A DNA stretch of 64,000 nt from positions 409,782 to 473,781 of the forward strand of contig NMRA01000354.1 in assembly GCA_002633005.1 (NCBI GenBank), given 5' to 3'. The DNA comes from Phoronis australis. Lineage: Eukaryota; Animalia; Phoronida. Shown in pieces: positions 1 through 12,875 of this stretch; the first letter of the stretch is position 1, and every line of letters begins with the position of its first letter. The position numbers were made by a program, and so were the translations under genes. The notes under the pieces were generated by a model that saw only the letters and a list, made by a program, of their open reading frames with translations, was not told the origin of the DNA and ran no database searches.

Positions 1-286
1 ATACATTCTACACTTAAAATTATCACCTAAAAAGGCGCTTACTTTCTTCAGTGATCCTTTCTGCTTCTAAACATATCTTCGATGAAGCATAGCTACGGGA
101 ATTCAGGTGACTTTGGCAAATAATTCCAACTCCACTTTGTGGTTACTGCTAACTCTGCGTGAGCTATTTTGTAGAATGAAATGAAAAAGATTTGCCTGGA
201 AACTGTTATCAACAAAGAACTCCAAAAACCAGTTTAATTACACAAATAAATGCTAGTCTTAAACATAAACAATATTTCACAGATAC

Positions 287-402
287 CTGAGCTCATCACC
301 AGACTCTTCACTCTCATCCTTTTCCACCTTTTTGTCTTTCTCAGATTTCTTCACATCATTACTGTGGTGTCCACCATCTCGCAACGACGATCTGCGCCGA
401 CC
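287..402 (-). CDS. ARID4B: ARID4 exon 11
   Basis: cttcag|[19 protein letters not shown]|gtatct. Confidence 0.75.
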
Positions 403-3400
403 CTGAAGCAAAAGACAGCCACTGCACGTAACACTAAGACTGTAATTCGTATGTGAACTAGAAATACATCAGGGAAGCCCTGCTTTCTAAAACAATATCT
501 GCAGCGTATGTGTAGAAGCCAAGAGAGAAGCAAATCCCCGATCATCTTCACAAAAAAGTAATTCATTTTTTCAGTTCTACAACTATCCAGACCTAGGTCG
601 ATAGATTGCTAACCAAAAATAATTGAATTTGTCAACAACTTCCAATATTTGTTGCACAACATGACAACATAATGCTGCTAGCCCCTCCCATTCACTGTAC
701 AGTATTACAACTTAATGATGATAGCCCCTCCCACTGTACAGCATGACAAAACAATGCAGCCAGCACCTCTCACTTACTGTACAGAGTGACAACATAACGC
801 CGCTAGCCCCTCCCACTCACTGTATGTGCAGCGTGACAACATAATGCTGCAAGCCCCATTCACTCAATGTATGAACAGCATGAGAACATAACGCTGCTAG
901 CCCCTCCCACTCACCAGCTTCTTGAGCGATTCCTCCTCCTTCTTTGGCGATGACTCATCTTCAGACTCAATCCCCTTCTTAGACTGCTCCTCCTCTAATC
1001 TCGCCTTCGACGGCCGGCCCCGCCTTGGACTGTCTGGCCGTCGCGGGCTCTCACACTTCTCAACATCAACTCGGTCTAGGCGACTCCTGCTGCGACGAGG
1101 TACCTCATTTTCCGGAGGTTCTTCTTTCTTAAGTCGAGCACTGGGTTTCTAAACAGATACATTCAGAAACAACTCAATATCAATACTATAAACACACAAC
1201 AGGGAACAACACAAACGTGTCAGCACAGCATGAGAATCTGTTGTACAGTGTAACCTTGGTATGTTTTTTTAAAAGCTAAACTAAATTTGAAATTTTCTAT
1301 GTTAATGTTTTGTGTAGGCTAATAAACCAGATGAGAACACAACATTAAAATGTCCAAAAAATATGTTTTGCAAATTGGTCCTCAGAGCTGAAAACTTAAA
1401 TTTTGATTAAATAAGACAACCTGGTACCAAAAAAAAGCAGCTTTTAAGATCTAAAAAGTGACAATTATTACCCTTTTAAGGCCATCACCATCGCTATCTG
1501 CCTTCAATGGCTTCTGACCATCTTTTATATCTTCTGACTGGACCTTGGACTTCTCTTCAGATTTTACTTTTGGTTTAACTTCTTTTAATTTTTCAGGTTT
1601 AATCTCTTTTAACTTCTCTGACTTAACTTCTTTAGATTTCTCAGGTTTAACTTCTTTCGGTTTTTCAGGCTTAACTTCTTTCGATTTCTCAGGCCTAACA
1701 TCTTTTGATTTCTCTGGCCTAACTTCTTTCGCTTTCTCTAGCCTAACTTCTTTCGCTTTCTCTAGCTTAACTTCTTTCGACTTCTCAGGTTTTACTTCTT
1801 TCAACTTCTCCTCAGATTTAGCCTTCACTTTATCATCACCTCTAGGTTTTGATTTATCTTCCATCTTTTCACCTACACCTTCCTTTTCCTTGTCTTTGTC
1901 AACATCTTTGTTCCTTACCTAAAATGTCCCCACAAATGTTGATGAAACGAAACAATCAAAGCTTCATTAAACACCAATAAAAGCCACATAAAGCACTGCT
2001 ATGCTCCTGCATGATGCATTCCCCACAGCAAACTATGAGTATGTTATTTCAACAAGGAAAACGGATAAAAACAAGTCAGAATTGTTAAACAATGGATGAC
2101 AGTTAATCCTTGACAGGGATAGACATGCCAAAGTTCATAAAGATACATCTACGACAGTCGTAGATATGGAGGCAGACACAAAACAAAAAATTATCCTATA
2201 TGCGTGATAGTATGGCCATGAAATACGGGTCGTATTGTGAGGTTTGATAAGGAAGAACTACTTTTACATATTCAACCTGTTGAATATAGAATTTCCGTAT
2301 TCCAACACACATTGAATACAGATGCCTTTTTTCACGCCAAAATTCCCTCCTGAGCACACATTACACTATAATTGATAGAAACATGATTATATATATAGCA
2401 TTACTTTGGGTTCAGGTCAGTGCGCAATACTTTCACAGGACAATACTATGAAATGAGATCTGAAAACTAAAACAAAAAAGTGAAGTAAAAATATTGTTGA
2501 CAATGTTTCTTAATATACCGTGAAATTTTGCACCTGAGTAATACACTTAGATCACAAAAAGTCTGGAACTTGCCACAATATATTTGGGATTAGGAAAGCA
2601 ATATACACTACAAATGCATGCCTCCTTTTGGTCACCTATTGCACTACACCAGTTGAGGTTCTTTACGGTCAAATATGAATCAATTTTTAAATTCGTTTTC
2701 AAAACAATCGAAATACGTCGAGCCCCAAAGCCAAACTGCAACTTCTGTAAACACTGTGTTTTTGTCAATTTTACGATAAGTTTCGGAATACTTTCTACCA
2801 AAAAATGATAAGAACCGCATGCAAGGAGCATTTTTAAGAAGCGTCTGAACTTGCATCAGCCACAACATCTGGGTGTCCAGCACAGATATTACTCATCGAA
2901 GTCAAGAAAAATCGTCAGAAATGTAAGCAAACATTAATTTAGAAATAGATTTAGCTCAAACTCTGACGAAAATACCGAAAATAGCAGTTATGCACCCTAA
3001 GCCTGTAGCTGCTGTAAAATACAACTTGACTACCATGTAATGCAGGCTGCAAAAAATTCATTAATAAAAATTTTGCGTTCACGTATACGTGTCAAGCAAT
3101 CTGCGATCATCATTGATAGAAGATGACAAACGACACCAAAACAAGCGGAGCAATCTGTGTAAACCCGCTTCTTTAAAGAATCCTCCGTGGGGCGGATAGG
3201 ATAAATGGGTTATACAATGTTTATGTTTGTACCAGTGTGTTATTATATCTCGATTCGTGATATACACTTGGGGGCTCACTGCAATATTCCGAGTTATCCG
3301 CACAACAACCACGCCTTCCTCAGTCAGAACACATCTGTCACATTCCGTGACGACAGAGAGGAAGACATTAAAAACAGAGACGAAAATACTAGAGTTGCCA

Positions 3401-6400
3401 CAAGAAAGATCCCTCCGATAAAGGAGCTTGTGCTGCCTTCTAACAAATTTCTGATATATTTCATAAAGATTTGACAGTCACACCAAAGATATAGAAGTGG
3501 ACACAAGAACTGAAACTGCAAAAGGAAGACAATTACGTGCAACAATCGAAGTCAACATCCTACCTTTTCCTCAGGAGTAGTCACTCCTGGCATCTTCCGC
3601 TCTGGTTTTGGAGATCTTGTAGCATCCTTCTCTCTGAACGACAGCAAGCTGCGGCGACCACCCTGGCCTCGACCTGGTCGACTAATAGTACCCATGGTGC
3701 TACCCAGTTTACGATAGAAGTCTTCAAAGGCATGCAAGTATCTGAAACAATTATAAGGGGGTTGAGTTGAGGTAAAGAAAACAGAACCACAGACTAAGAA
3801 ATAGTGCGGGGAAATTCTTTGTCCTTCCAGTCCTATATTAGGTCCAAACGTCAACATTCTTTTTCTTATATATGCTGAAAAGGACATGCAGTCCAGTGCA
3901 TCTTCTACATGTTCACAGTGATCAATCACTGCGAGGCATGCAGGTGTCAAACAAGGAAACACACGGTGGCCAGCTCAGACAGTTGTAAGGCGATGCCCTA
4001 CAATCTTTGCACAGGGGTGGATTTCCAATTATAATAGGTTAAATTTCACTCAATCGCAATGAACAGGACTACCCCGGTCAGTGGAGAATACATTTGTTCG
4101 TCTAGAATACTTGCAGTAGAAGATGCGACCAGAAAAAATGTTGTGAAGTGAGAAATTTCACCAGGGAATGCAGATTTTTCAAATGAAGACTTTAACACTC
4201 TGCGAAAAATTCTCTGACTTCAGAGACCTTAAAGAAAATTCCAGACACTTGTAGCACACGAATAAAAAGAATAAACAAAGTTCAAGTGAAATATTTCCAG
4301 GGATGTGAAAGTTCTTTAAAAAAAGGTCTACAGGATCAAATGTCTAGGCAATATTTCGTCTACATCAGTTTCTATGCTCGCCAATTTAATGGTTTTGTAT
4401 CATTTAAAACTTACCACTTTAGGAACTATTTGCACAGAGGTGACATGAAAGTACAGTAGCTGTCATAAGTAATGTGACAAAATTCACATTACCCAGAGTA
4501 AACGGGTAACTACACTCTACTTACTTCTTATAAGCCTGTTTAATTTGGTAGGAGGCCGTGCTGACAACAGGCAGATTCATCTTGGAGTAAACTAGACGCC
4601 ACTTCATTTGACTCGTCACCCGGTTGTAGCCGCCATACTTTTGTACCAGTTTGAATAATTTGTACAGGTTCAGGTCTCGGTTGCCCAGCGATGGGCCTTT
4701 ATTTAGAGGCGTGCCTCGATCGTCCATGAACTTATAGAGTTGTGCCACAAAATGATCTTTCTCCTCTGTTTGCTCGTCATCAGAACTCTGCAACATTTCA
4801 ACAAAATTTATAACACATCGAGTCGTAATCTTCAGAGCACAGGCATTGTAATCTAGCACCATACTGAGTGAGAGTTTAAGTCATTGACCTTTAATTACCA
4901 TGCATTTGAATGTTTAATACCTTAATTGAAAACAAGCACCACTTTGCAATAATTTTTCTTGTTCATGCAAAAAGAATAAAACAAGTGAATGAGGAACAAA
5001 ACGATGCGATACTGCGAAGATTTCTCCAGGGCCAGCATGTATTCAATGATATGCAATTATCACTCATTGCCAAGTAGTTTTTCGCTTAAGACGGTCAGTC
5101 TTGACGGTTGCCAAATCTCATACATTAGGTTGCAGCCGGTGACAGTTGATATCACTTACTTCATTCCCAGTCTCTTCACTCTCACTGTCAGAGCCCAATA
5201 ACGCCTCTTTGTCCCAGTTGGCAGGTAGCTCTCTGTTATCAATGTACAATAAAGCCTTCTCGATGGCAGCTTTCAAGGACTTGTCTTCATTCTTCAAGGC
5301 TGTTTCTCGCGTGAACTGTTTAACGTCTTTCTTCGATACACCAATACTGGAAAACATCAACAACCATAGGTAAAAGTCACTTATTTTCCTGCTAGGTGCC
5401 AAAATGATGCACCGAATTTGGCATCACCCCATATATCAATGAGACTGCCAACCCACGTGGCACAAAATCTGTAATCTGCAAATAATAAATTAATTTTCAA
5501 TATTTCTATGAAAAATCTAGTTTAAACCAAAAGATGGTATAATACCCCTGAAACAACAAATTTCAGTTTTAAACCATGTTCAACAAAAAAATCATGTTCA
5601 ACATTAAAAATTAATCACGTCTACGCACTGCGGTCAACGTGGTAAATTCTACACCAGACCACAGCCAAACAATTTTTGATATCTCCTAATTCTCAATTCA
5701 TGAAAGGGAAAGCCTGATATGTAAATTACATTATACACATCTGGTACTCAAGATACGTCTTATTGGTTGGATTTTGTGACCACCACTTCAATAATTCATT
5801 GCATTTTTCTACGACGCTCTTTGGCCATCTGGTGTTGAAAATTCCGAATTTTTTTAAAAAATACCTTCAAAAAGGTATACATAGGATTGTTTGAGCCCTA
5901 AAAGTACGTAGAATACAGGTAAATCTGCAACAGCAGGTAGTCCTACATCTGGCAATACATATCATAAAAGCAATGCAACACTTTTTCGACGAATTCAGTG
6001 TGGATATCTAAGGAACACAATAAAAACATGACGGAAATCTGAAAAACGGACGCAACAAAAAAAGGGAAATGTAGTCAATTTCATCACAAGAGAATCTTAG
6101 AAATTTTCTAGTACTTACAATTTAGCATCTTTAAAGGATCTGACTAATATCTGATCCTTCTTGAGATCTGTACTGTGGGCACTGGACAGCACAGCCAACC
6201 CTGGGTACCAGGTTCTCCTTTTATCTCCCACTTCTATGATGAGGGTCTTTCCAACAAATGCGTCTCTCCTCGTCCTCGGCGTCCTCTTCTTCGCCAACTG
6301 TGTTTCTTCATCAGATGAACTGTCCTCTGAATCATCGCCACTGCTGCACAGATGAAGATAACTAGTGATTGTTGATAATTAACCTCCACAAATGTTTTAA

Positions 6401-9400
6401 AGTGATAATATCAATGAGAAAAGCGGTTTTCTGAAATTAGCCCCCAATGCAGATTTGAACCTGGCCAAATGCTCAGCCGACGAGTTAAATCACACAAGAT
6501 AAATGACAGTATTATGAATGTATTTAAATAATAAACACATCTGCACTGGTTTCAGCGAATGGTTGGCAGAAGTCAGAGAAAATTGGTCATTTGTGACAAA
6601 ATCACACAAACACAGTGTATTTTATTGTTTTACAGGTTTTTCTTTAAATCCAACAATTCCAAAAATGTATTTTCGGCCATAAAAATGACAATGTCCCTTT
6701 CAGGCGATTCAGAAGCATTTACTACAAAGAATGATGTTTGAAGAAGTGAAAGTACACAAGCGATTTTTTTGCTTGCCTAATGTTGACTGCCACTAGACAT
6801 ATGTATTAAAAATTAACCATGCATGCACACTGATTTTCAATACCACTAAATGGCGATTAAAGTTTTTTTTATTTTTTCAAAAACATTTCATGTGACAAGA
6901 ATTGAAAGCCCCTACGCAGCAACATCTTTGAAAATCACTGCTCAGGTGCATGTTTTGGTTGGAACCCTTGTTTTGTTTCTTTTTGATGTGTCAAGTTAAT
7001 GTTCCTATTTGCGCGTGATATAACCCTGGACGAATGCAGATCATTCACCCTAACTACCTCGACTTATTGCGGTTTGAAGATTGCGATATCGGCTTGAACT
7101 ATTAGCGCTGTGTTACCGTTTAAGAAAGGATAATTTAGATTAACACGTGATGAGGATTTCAAATAAACAATGGCAGTACGTAAATAAACAAGATAGTAGG
7201 ACTGCGTATAGAAATGTTACCAGTAACATTGCAGGCAGGTAAGAGTTCCAAAACACAACCTTAACCCAAGAACATTTCTGAAGAACTACAACATTATTAG
7301 CCTTGGTACAAAGCTGTATACTAAATATACAGCTTTGCACCGATGTGGGTAAAAAAGTGGTAAGATGAAATCTGACACAAAATTAGTGTCATTAAAAACT
7401 AGTCTTCCTTGAGTAAACAAAATTATTTAACGGTGTTGGAAAAAATGGCGTTCTACCGTTATTCTGCTGCTAAAGTTGCGGAACGATCTTTAGCTACGGC
7501 TTTCGGCGCCATGAAGTATTGCGTCACCTATTGGCCAGTTTCTTCTTTCGCCGATTCTTCAATCAACTGTTGTTCTTTCACGAGCTTGCGTACACATCAA
7601 AACAAATTATTGGACCTGGTTTCACTTCATTATAAATTTTTAGAATTTCGATACCGAAAAATCGAGTTTCAGATCAAATTTTGCTGCTGCGAAGTTGTCG
7701 CAAAAATTTAGGAAATGGCGAGTGCGCCTGACAGGAGCGTATTGTTTTCAAAACGACGACATACTTTTCATTGTTAGAAAAGGCGGAGAGTTACGCTAGA
7801 AAACAACGTTTATTGCATTGTTTTTCACTTAAACGGCTGTAACGGGCAAGGTGAGTGTCGGTTGATTTCCAGATTTTGCATGGACCCCATCTGGTCATTA
7901 GCTTCACATGTTGATACAAGTTTCACGTGAGGTGACGAGCAGACGTACCCTGGCTGTGGGCAATTTCGGGGTCTACGGAAGAAATACACAGTGGCACTAG
8001 CTGTACTTTGACAATAGTCTTCATACAGCTAGCTGGCTGGCTACGACAACATAAGAATACCCTATGCATACCCAAGTGCAGAGTTCCCCCTTCCTGATCG
8101 CCTACGCTTCCTGTCCTGGTTTGGATCTCTCTCCTGAACCACTGGTGTGCCAAAGTGTTCTGGGTGGGTCAAAGGTAGCTGGTCAAGTGTCTCACTCTCC
8201 ATGAAGTGCTTGTCACCTTTCGGGCACAGCTGTGTTCTTCTTAAGGTAGCCACATCCCCGTCATCAAAAACTGTAATGTGTGAGAGAAAATCAACAACCA
8301 AAGAAAATAAGAATCCAAGCGAGAGTTTGTTGTGAAGTTGCAACATTTGTCTCGAATACCAAAGTCATTTTTTCTCCAAACTGCACACACTACCACCTAC
8401 ATTACTTACTACGGGTGACCTCAAACACAAAAATGTCTTCATTGTACATGGCGACTTGTACCATTTAATCAACAGCAACACATTCTAGATTATTTTAGAA
8501 GTTCAAGGACAATTGTTCATCAAGCTGCCTGATTGTAGGACGCCTAAAAGCTGGGTTGGATGCATTGGAGTAAATATAAAAACATATAACGACACTGTTG
8601 CATCTCATAGAACTAGATGAACCAAGTGAGCGCTACTCACCGACAGTGTAGGTGCTGGCATCATTAAGACGATTGATGACCGCAGTCTCATAGGCACCAG
8701 TTTCTTCCCTTTTGGCTTCAACTTCTGCACCAATCTAAAGAAGAATACAAACATAGTAAACTTTTACATCAACCGAGTGATCAATATTTCACAAGGATAG
8801 GATCTAAAGCTCTCACAGTTTGTGTGTTACAGAATTCTCCAGTTGCGATTTTGTAAAATAACTGGGGACATTTCGTGGTAGACCATCAGGCTAGATCATG
8901 ACTTCAGCACGGGAGTACTCCAAGAGGAAATAGTGGAGCATAAAAAATGTTTGTATCGAGGGCAGGAAGACTATCAAAAAGCGGTCATACACAGAGCGAG
9001 AGTTAATTCATGGAGGGTGCTGCACCATGTTTGAATATTTTGCACCATCTTTGGAAATCTTAAGTCATGTTTTTCTAGTTTCAAGCCAAATAATTGAAAC
9101 TGTGTTCCATAGCAGTACGTTTTATATTACTTAGCAATGGAAATGACAATGACGTGCACAGCAAGTGAAAATGATGTATAACTGAAGTTGTTTTCATGAA
9201 GTAACAGCAAGGAAGATGACTATGAGAAAAACATCACACGAAATTTAGATATTTTTCTTTTGTCCAAGGACACATATCTCACCTTAAGAGGCCCTTTGAC
9301 AAATTCATCAGGAATCACTACGGCCACATTGCTCTCTTTGAAAGTCACTCTGCACTTCACCAAGCGGACAACTTTACTAACTTTTGCTTCACAGAATGCA

Positions 9401-10227
9401 CCCTTATATTTTGCACTGACTTCAGTCCCCACTTGCAAGGACGGGGGATCACTGTTTGCCTGAAAATAAAGCCAGGGTATTCTCAATATCAAAAAAGATG
9501 AATATGTGAGGATGGATAACTTTGGCATTAGTTAGTTGTCCCTGATTTTGATTACTTGGGTGAGAAAGGGGCATAATTCTGATGAGTCACATCCTGTTAT
9601 AATGTGGAAGAAACACTCATTGAATAACCATTTGTTAAATGGCAAACCATAGTACAAATCCAGAAAAACAAAGCTAAAGAAAGAACATCACAGCTCTGGA
9701 CATGAATAATATTTAAAAAGTACTGTCTGAGGCAATTTTTCACTGCCTGCATGTTTATTTCACATTTGAAGCATTATTCTGTTTATATTTCAATGACTTG
9801 TCTGGTCTTCTAATTAACTGTATGAAAGACGGGTACACATAAAAGGCTACAGGAAATTTTATGTGAGAAATAACGTTTAGTCAGCTGGCTGACCTACTAC
9901 GTAAGGTGTACTTCAACCATCAATTTTCAGGTTCGACAGTTCGAAACTTGCAACATGACATGAAATAATACCAATGTCGAGACGTTTCGTTTCAAGTTCC
10001 AAGTAACTTTTCCACAGTTTATTTACCCACTGACGTAAAGACGATGACAACTTCGAACCAATTCATCAAACATCAACAAAATGGCTTTTTCAGAAAGTCA
10101 GTAAAGGTGTTACAAAGTGGGGCGAATTCACAGCTGATCAAAAAACAGCTTCATCTTGTGAATGAGAATGGTTGAAAGTCATCGGTGAAATTTCCCAAAC
10201 AGAAACATAAAAACACAACTTTACCAT
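287..10227 (-). CDS. ARID4B: AT-rich interactive domain protein 4A/4B (RBP1 family), 5' part, 11 coding exons; continues past left edge
   Basis: Phase-consistent GT-AG exons: 10225-10227, 9283-9459, 8641-8734, 8072-8270, 6119-6343, 5160-5346, 4525-4787, 3564-3741, 1472-1918, 915-1148, 287-402. Motifs: Tudor [66 protein letters not shown]1[49 protein letters not shown]. 4A versus 4B cannot be resolved. Confidence 0.93.
655..914. repeat. ~40-47-bp tandem repeat x6 ending at the ARID4 exon 10 donor
   Basis: Unit ACAGCATGACAACATAA(C/T)GCTGCTAGCCCCTCCCACTCAC. Confidence 0.85.
915..1148 (-). CDS. ARID4B: ARID4 exon 10
   Basis: [27 protein letters not shown]|gtgagt; phase 0-0. Confidence 0.82.
1472..1918 (-). 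CDS. ARID4B: ARID4 exon 9, K/E-rich 8-aa tandem repeat
   Basis: ttttag|VRNKD..(KEVKPEKS)n..GLKR|gtaata; 447 nt, phase 0-0. Confidence 0.8.
3564..3741 (-). CDS. ARID4B: ARID4 exon 8 (end of ARID)
   Basis: [28 protein letters not shown]|gtagga. Confidence 0.9.
4525..4787 (-). CDS. ARID4B: ARID4 exon 7 (ARID domain)
   Basis: [50 protein letters not shown]|gtaagt. Confidence 0.95.
5160..5346 (-). CDS. ARID4B: ARID4 exon 6
   Basis: [35 protein letters not shown]..|gtaagt. Confidence 0.9.
6119..6343 (-). CDS. ARID4B: ARID4 exon 5 (RBB1NT/PWWP-like)
   Basis: [23 protein letters not shown]|gtaagt; NAGNAG acceptor (cagCAG). Confidence 0.9.
8072..8270 (-). CDS. ARID4B: ARID4 exon 4
   Basis: [44 protein letters not shown]; donor gtatgc fixed by phase. 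Confidence 0.88.
8641..8734 (-). CDS. ARID4B: ARID4 exon 3
   Basis: [31 protein letters not shown]|gtgagt. Confidence 0.9.
9283..9459 (-). CDS. ARID4B: ARID4 exon 2 (Tudor)
   Basis: tttcag|[26 protein letters not shown]...KGPLK|gtgaga. Confidence 0.93.
10225..10227 (-). CDS. ARID4B: ARID4 exon 1 coding part (ATG only)
   Basis: ATG|gtaaag; phase 0 joins to GCA AAC AGT GAT CCC of the next exon. Confidence 0.6.
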
Positions 10228-10379
10228 GATCCACGCCGCGATGAGTCTTCCGTGTGCTTTCTCACTTAATTACAATACTAAAAGTGAGAAGTAGATTAAG
10301 ACAATTTAGAAAACTGTCCAAATTTCTGTCAGCATAACATATTGCAGGGCACTCGGCCTGTTCGGAACAACAACCTGTA

Positions 10380-10670
10380 TTGGGGGTCCTTGTACGCGAT
10401 TGGTCAGTTTACCCGGAAATTTCCCAGAATACACATCGAGCGCATGCTCCTTCATCCGAAAATGGCGGTCGCCAACCCCGACATGTCACTGTCTTTGTTG
10501 TGAGTTTTCTTGTACGCTTTGGTTAAATATTTTGACCGATTACGTTCAGTTATCTTCAAAGTTATTTGGTTAAGCAAGGAGTAAAGTTTTCCTAAAATTT
10601 AAATGTGCTGTTTGCTCACAATCAATGTTACAAGAATTCTTGAGGTGACCGCCATGACCCGGAAGTAATA
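10380..10670. promoter_or_regulatory. ARID4 proximal promoter (probably bidirectional)
   Basis: ATTGG/CCAAT ~10400, ETS CCGGAA ~10413 and CCGGAAGT ~10659, NRF1-like GAGCGCATGCTC ~10438, YY1-like AAAATGGCGG 10459-10468. Confidence 0.55.
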
Positions 10671-12764
10671 ACACAATAACGTGACCTAAATTGCGTCTAT
10701 ATAGGTCACACGTGTTATGGACTTGTCAACAGAGATCCTTGACAGGCTTTAGTAATATTAAAACTTTTCAAATTCTCAGATGGACATTTTAAAAAAATTA
10801 CATCCGTAGACTCAGGTCATTGTTTTCGTAACTCTTTTTTAACAGTAAACGTTAGGTAAGCTCTATTGTGGTCTGTTATGTGTATTTTCTTCAAGTACCC
10901 ATTTATCGGTTACAACACAGGCACCTTTGGGCTTTGGCTTTGATCAGCCCTCAATGGGGATATACTATAATAAAGAGATAAGTGAGCCAAATTACGTATA
11001 CACAGGTACTTGTTTCATGTAAGGGTAATATTTTTATCCAATTAAAAGGTTAATATACATCAAACTGTAACAATCATTCAACAGGAGCACGTCAGAAAAC
11101 AAAATGTGTAGTGGATATGTACTGTAATATGTAAAATACCAGTGTTGTTTGACAACCATTACTTGAAGCTACACACAGCACTACAGGTTTGAATGTCTGA
11201 GTGGAACTATATTAGTTTTTTTTTTTACTGTGCTAGCGTCTTAAACTTTACACTCCATGAGCGAGACAAAATTAATTATAGCTTGTACAACTTACCAAAC
11301 GTCTTTATTGCAGTCAGAGAACCTAGAGCTTTATAGTAATAATGCCATTTCATTGTTATTTAGCACATAATGGTGATGTAAAGCAGATCCTTTTAATTTC
11401 CCAGCAGCACAATTATCTGGGATTTCACACAGGCTGGCTAATGATGCCTGCCTCAAGAATCTTGTATTTCTCATTCGATAGATATCTGCATACTATAAAT
11501 ATAACTTGCAATTGTCTGCTCATTAATTAACTGTAGGCAGATGGTGAAAAAACAATATTATAACACTTATTTTCCAAGACAAATTTAAAGATTCTTCCAA
11601 TTCTTTTGCCAAGTTGAAAAGCCAATTCATCAATGTCAACTTGTATTTATGTGGCATGATTATGCATTTTGAAATGTTTGACTGTACGTCTGAAGTATTT
11701 TTGTCGATGAATTTCAGGTTGTCAACAAAAATGAAACTTAAAATTTAAGCAACGTGAAAGACGCCATGATATTGATATATTTATTTACACTTGTTTGTTA
11801 TGCAATTGCTTGTTCATAAACACATGCTCTTCAGTAATTTACACTATGGTACATACAGACCAGTAAAAACATTAGACAATGCATTGCCCTTTAGTGTGTC
11901 ATAAGTATAAGCCAGCAGAGGTGACTCTTGATTTAACACCAGTATATACACAACAGGATAGTATGCAAAACCAGAGAATATACAATAGCCTTTTTCTCAT
12001 TGAGATTAACTGCCCATTCTGTCCAACCATCCTATGTGTAATCAAGCAATGTACAACATGCAAGGCAAGTGTCAATCATGCTGACAAAAACTGTCAGAGT
12101 ATTAAGAACAAGGCTGTGGCAAGTGACTTGTCATTCTAAATAGTGTCACTGAGCTATGTACAGCATGTGCAAGTGTCAATTCTGAGAACTAAAAATATTG
12201 AACTGTTATGAATAAAGCTGACGGTATACATTGGGGAGAGAACATTTGCCCCAACGTGTGCAATCGTGTCCATGTAGTGCCTAGACATGACTAGTTACAT
12301 TACATATGCATTTGAATACAACTAAGATGTACCAGAAAGTGCTTGGTTCATCTCATTACAGTCCAGCTATCACAGATTTAACCCTCACCCCCTGGTCATC
12401 ACTCATTGTCCTTCATATTAATTATTCTACAAATTTGACACTTTCCCCGACATTGTATTTTTAACTTACTGTATGAAATCAAGTGATGTTAGAGGATGGC
12501 AAGGCTTTTTGAGGAATTATAGGGAGTAGACAAGGTATGTGCAAAAGTTTACTGTCTGACTAACAAGTTTTGATATTTTAAACATTTTGTGATAATTACC
12601 TTCCAACTGCTAGTTCGTTAGTAGTATTTTTGAAAGAAACCAGGAAACTAAGCATTCAGCCCGTTTGAAATGCAACTGTCAGATTTGTTAACACCACCTA
12701 ATTAGCACGTTCGTATTTCAACAACACAAGATTTTTCCAAGAAATATTCTTCTCTAGTAGCTAT

Positions 12765-12875
12765 TTACATAAGGTTGAAGATACTATTAGAATTAAACGT
12801 ATTGCTGCGTTCCAGGCGAGGTTTCTTTGCTTGTGGAGGTTTTGGGCCTTCATTCATACTCCTTGAACGCTGAAC
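12765..12875 (-). CDS. CLSPN: Claspin exon 25 (terminal)
   Basis: [36 protein letters not shown]. Confidence 0.88.
   Translation of the reverse strand, partial: VQRSRSMNEGPKPPQAKKPRLERSNTFNSNSIFNLM

Noticed and set aside
43-67. Possible next ARID4 micro-exon (tttag AAGCAG..AAA gtaagc, minus strand)
   Set aside because: Phase 2 from exon 11 gives an in-frame TGA; not supportable
655-914. CRISPR-like appearance of the short repeat arrays (also 25448, 28490, 42070)
   Set aside because: No unique spacers, degenerate units, no cas genes, eukaryotic intronic context
1545-1922. Plus-strand 125-aa Ser/Phe-rich ORF
   Set aside because: Antisense shadow of the ARID4 K/E repeat exon
3079-3474. Cluster of short overlapping ORFs in ARID4 intron 8
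   Set aside because: No recognisable protein; probably a repeat remnant, but neither ends nor family could be defined
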